64,000 bases of DNA from Phyllobates terribilis (Eukaryota): contig NW_027362767.1 in the NCBI RefSeq assembly GCF_046119375.1, positions 247,442,001 through 247,506,000 on the forward strand, in the 5' to 3' direction. The position numbers were made by a program, and so were the translations under genes. The notes under the pieces are model-generated. The model saw only the letters and a list, made by a program, of their open reading frames with translations. It did no database searches and was not told the DNA's origin. This document shows positions 62,999-64,000 of the stretch, in pieces. Within the stretch, counting starts at the first letter, position 1. Every line of letters begins with the position of its first letter.

Positions 62999-63115
62999 TG
63001 AGTGTTAGAAATTGTCAGAGCAAACACAACCTGGCTGTGTGTAATCAGCGGCCATGAGACTGTGTTGGTTATATAGCAGTGCCCATATGTGCCAGGCATG
63101 GGGCCCCTAGAGTAA

Positions 63116-63547
<432 letters not shown>

Positions 63548-64000
63548 TGAGATACAATGCAGTTCAAGATCGCCAGAACAGGAGCATCTCAGTTCTGTTT
63601 TATAGGAGGACTTCCCCCCTTCTTTGATATCCTTATGCCCCATTAGGTCTTCAGGAAACAACCCCTTTAATAAGGAATAACATCTGCCTCCACTGCTGCA
63701 CCCTTATTTGCAGAGGTGAGGTGGTTATACACTGTATATATTACATTTAAGCCTATCATTGGACTTCAAGTGTGCAATACAGGCCATACCGTGGCTTCCT
63801 TCACTCATCGAGACCCACTGTGAAAAGGTTGTATACGGCTTTTTTTTTGTGCTTCCTAGTACAGAAGGAACCCACTATGTACTTCACTTTCCTGTGCAGT
63901 TAAATGATATGCCGCTGGTTACCCATCAGATTGAGGCCAAAAGGATTCTCTATGGCCTCATCCGGTCAATTGGGGCTTACACATTTTTGCTGGGAGCACA

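Overview
Vertebrate genomic DNA, most likely an anuran amphibian (inferred from the repeat complement). The left 36 kb has no host gene. It holds Tc1-family DNA transposons (one with an uninterrupted transposase ORF but E-to-G at the catalytic Glu, one of DD37E type), three nested or paired solo LTRs, a 5.3-kb chromodomain-bearing Ty3/Gypsy element (Tf1/sushi type, 5-bp TSD, self-priming PBS architecture) and two arrays (about 4.6 kb and 14.7 kb) of one 45-bp GC-rich tandem repeat. These arrays account for nearly all of the hundreds of ORFs in the track between 8.6 and 35.9 kb. The right 28 kb carries three host genes in the human 9q34 order: complete CIZ1 (+, 15 coding exons, 657 aa as reconstructed), complete BBLN/C9orf16 (-, 2 coding exons, 82 aa) and exons 1-5 of PTGES2 (+). 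BBLN and PTGES2 share a 151-bp divergent promoter with no LCN2 between them. CIZ1 introns contain a minimal hammerhead ribozyme motif, a 58/59-bp minisatellite, Harbinger-type MITEs, a near-full-length CR1 and a second CR1 fragment, and a 31-bp tandem repeat lies just after the CIZ1 stop. All coordinates were read by eye and comparisons to human proteins are from memory. Nothing here is demonstrably a new system; the best candidates for follow-up are the self-priming retrotransposon, the promoter-adjacent macrosatellite and the intronic hammerhead.
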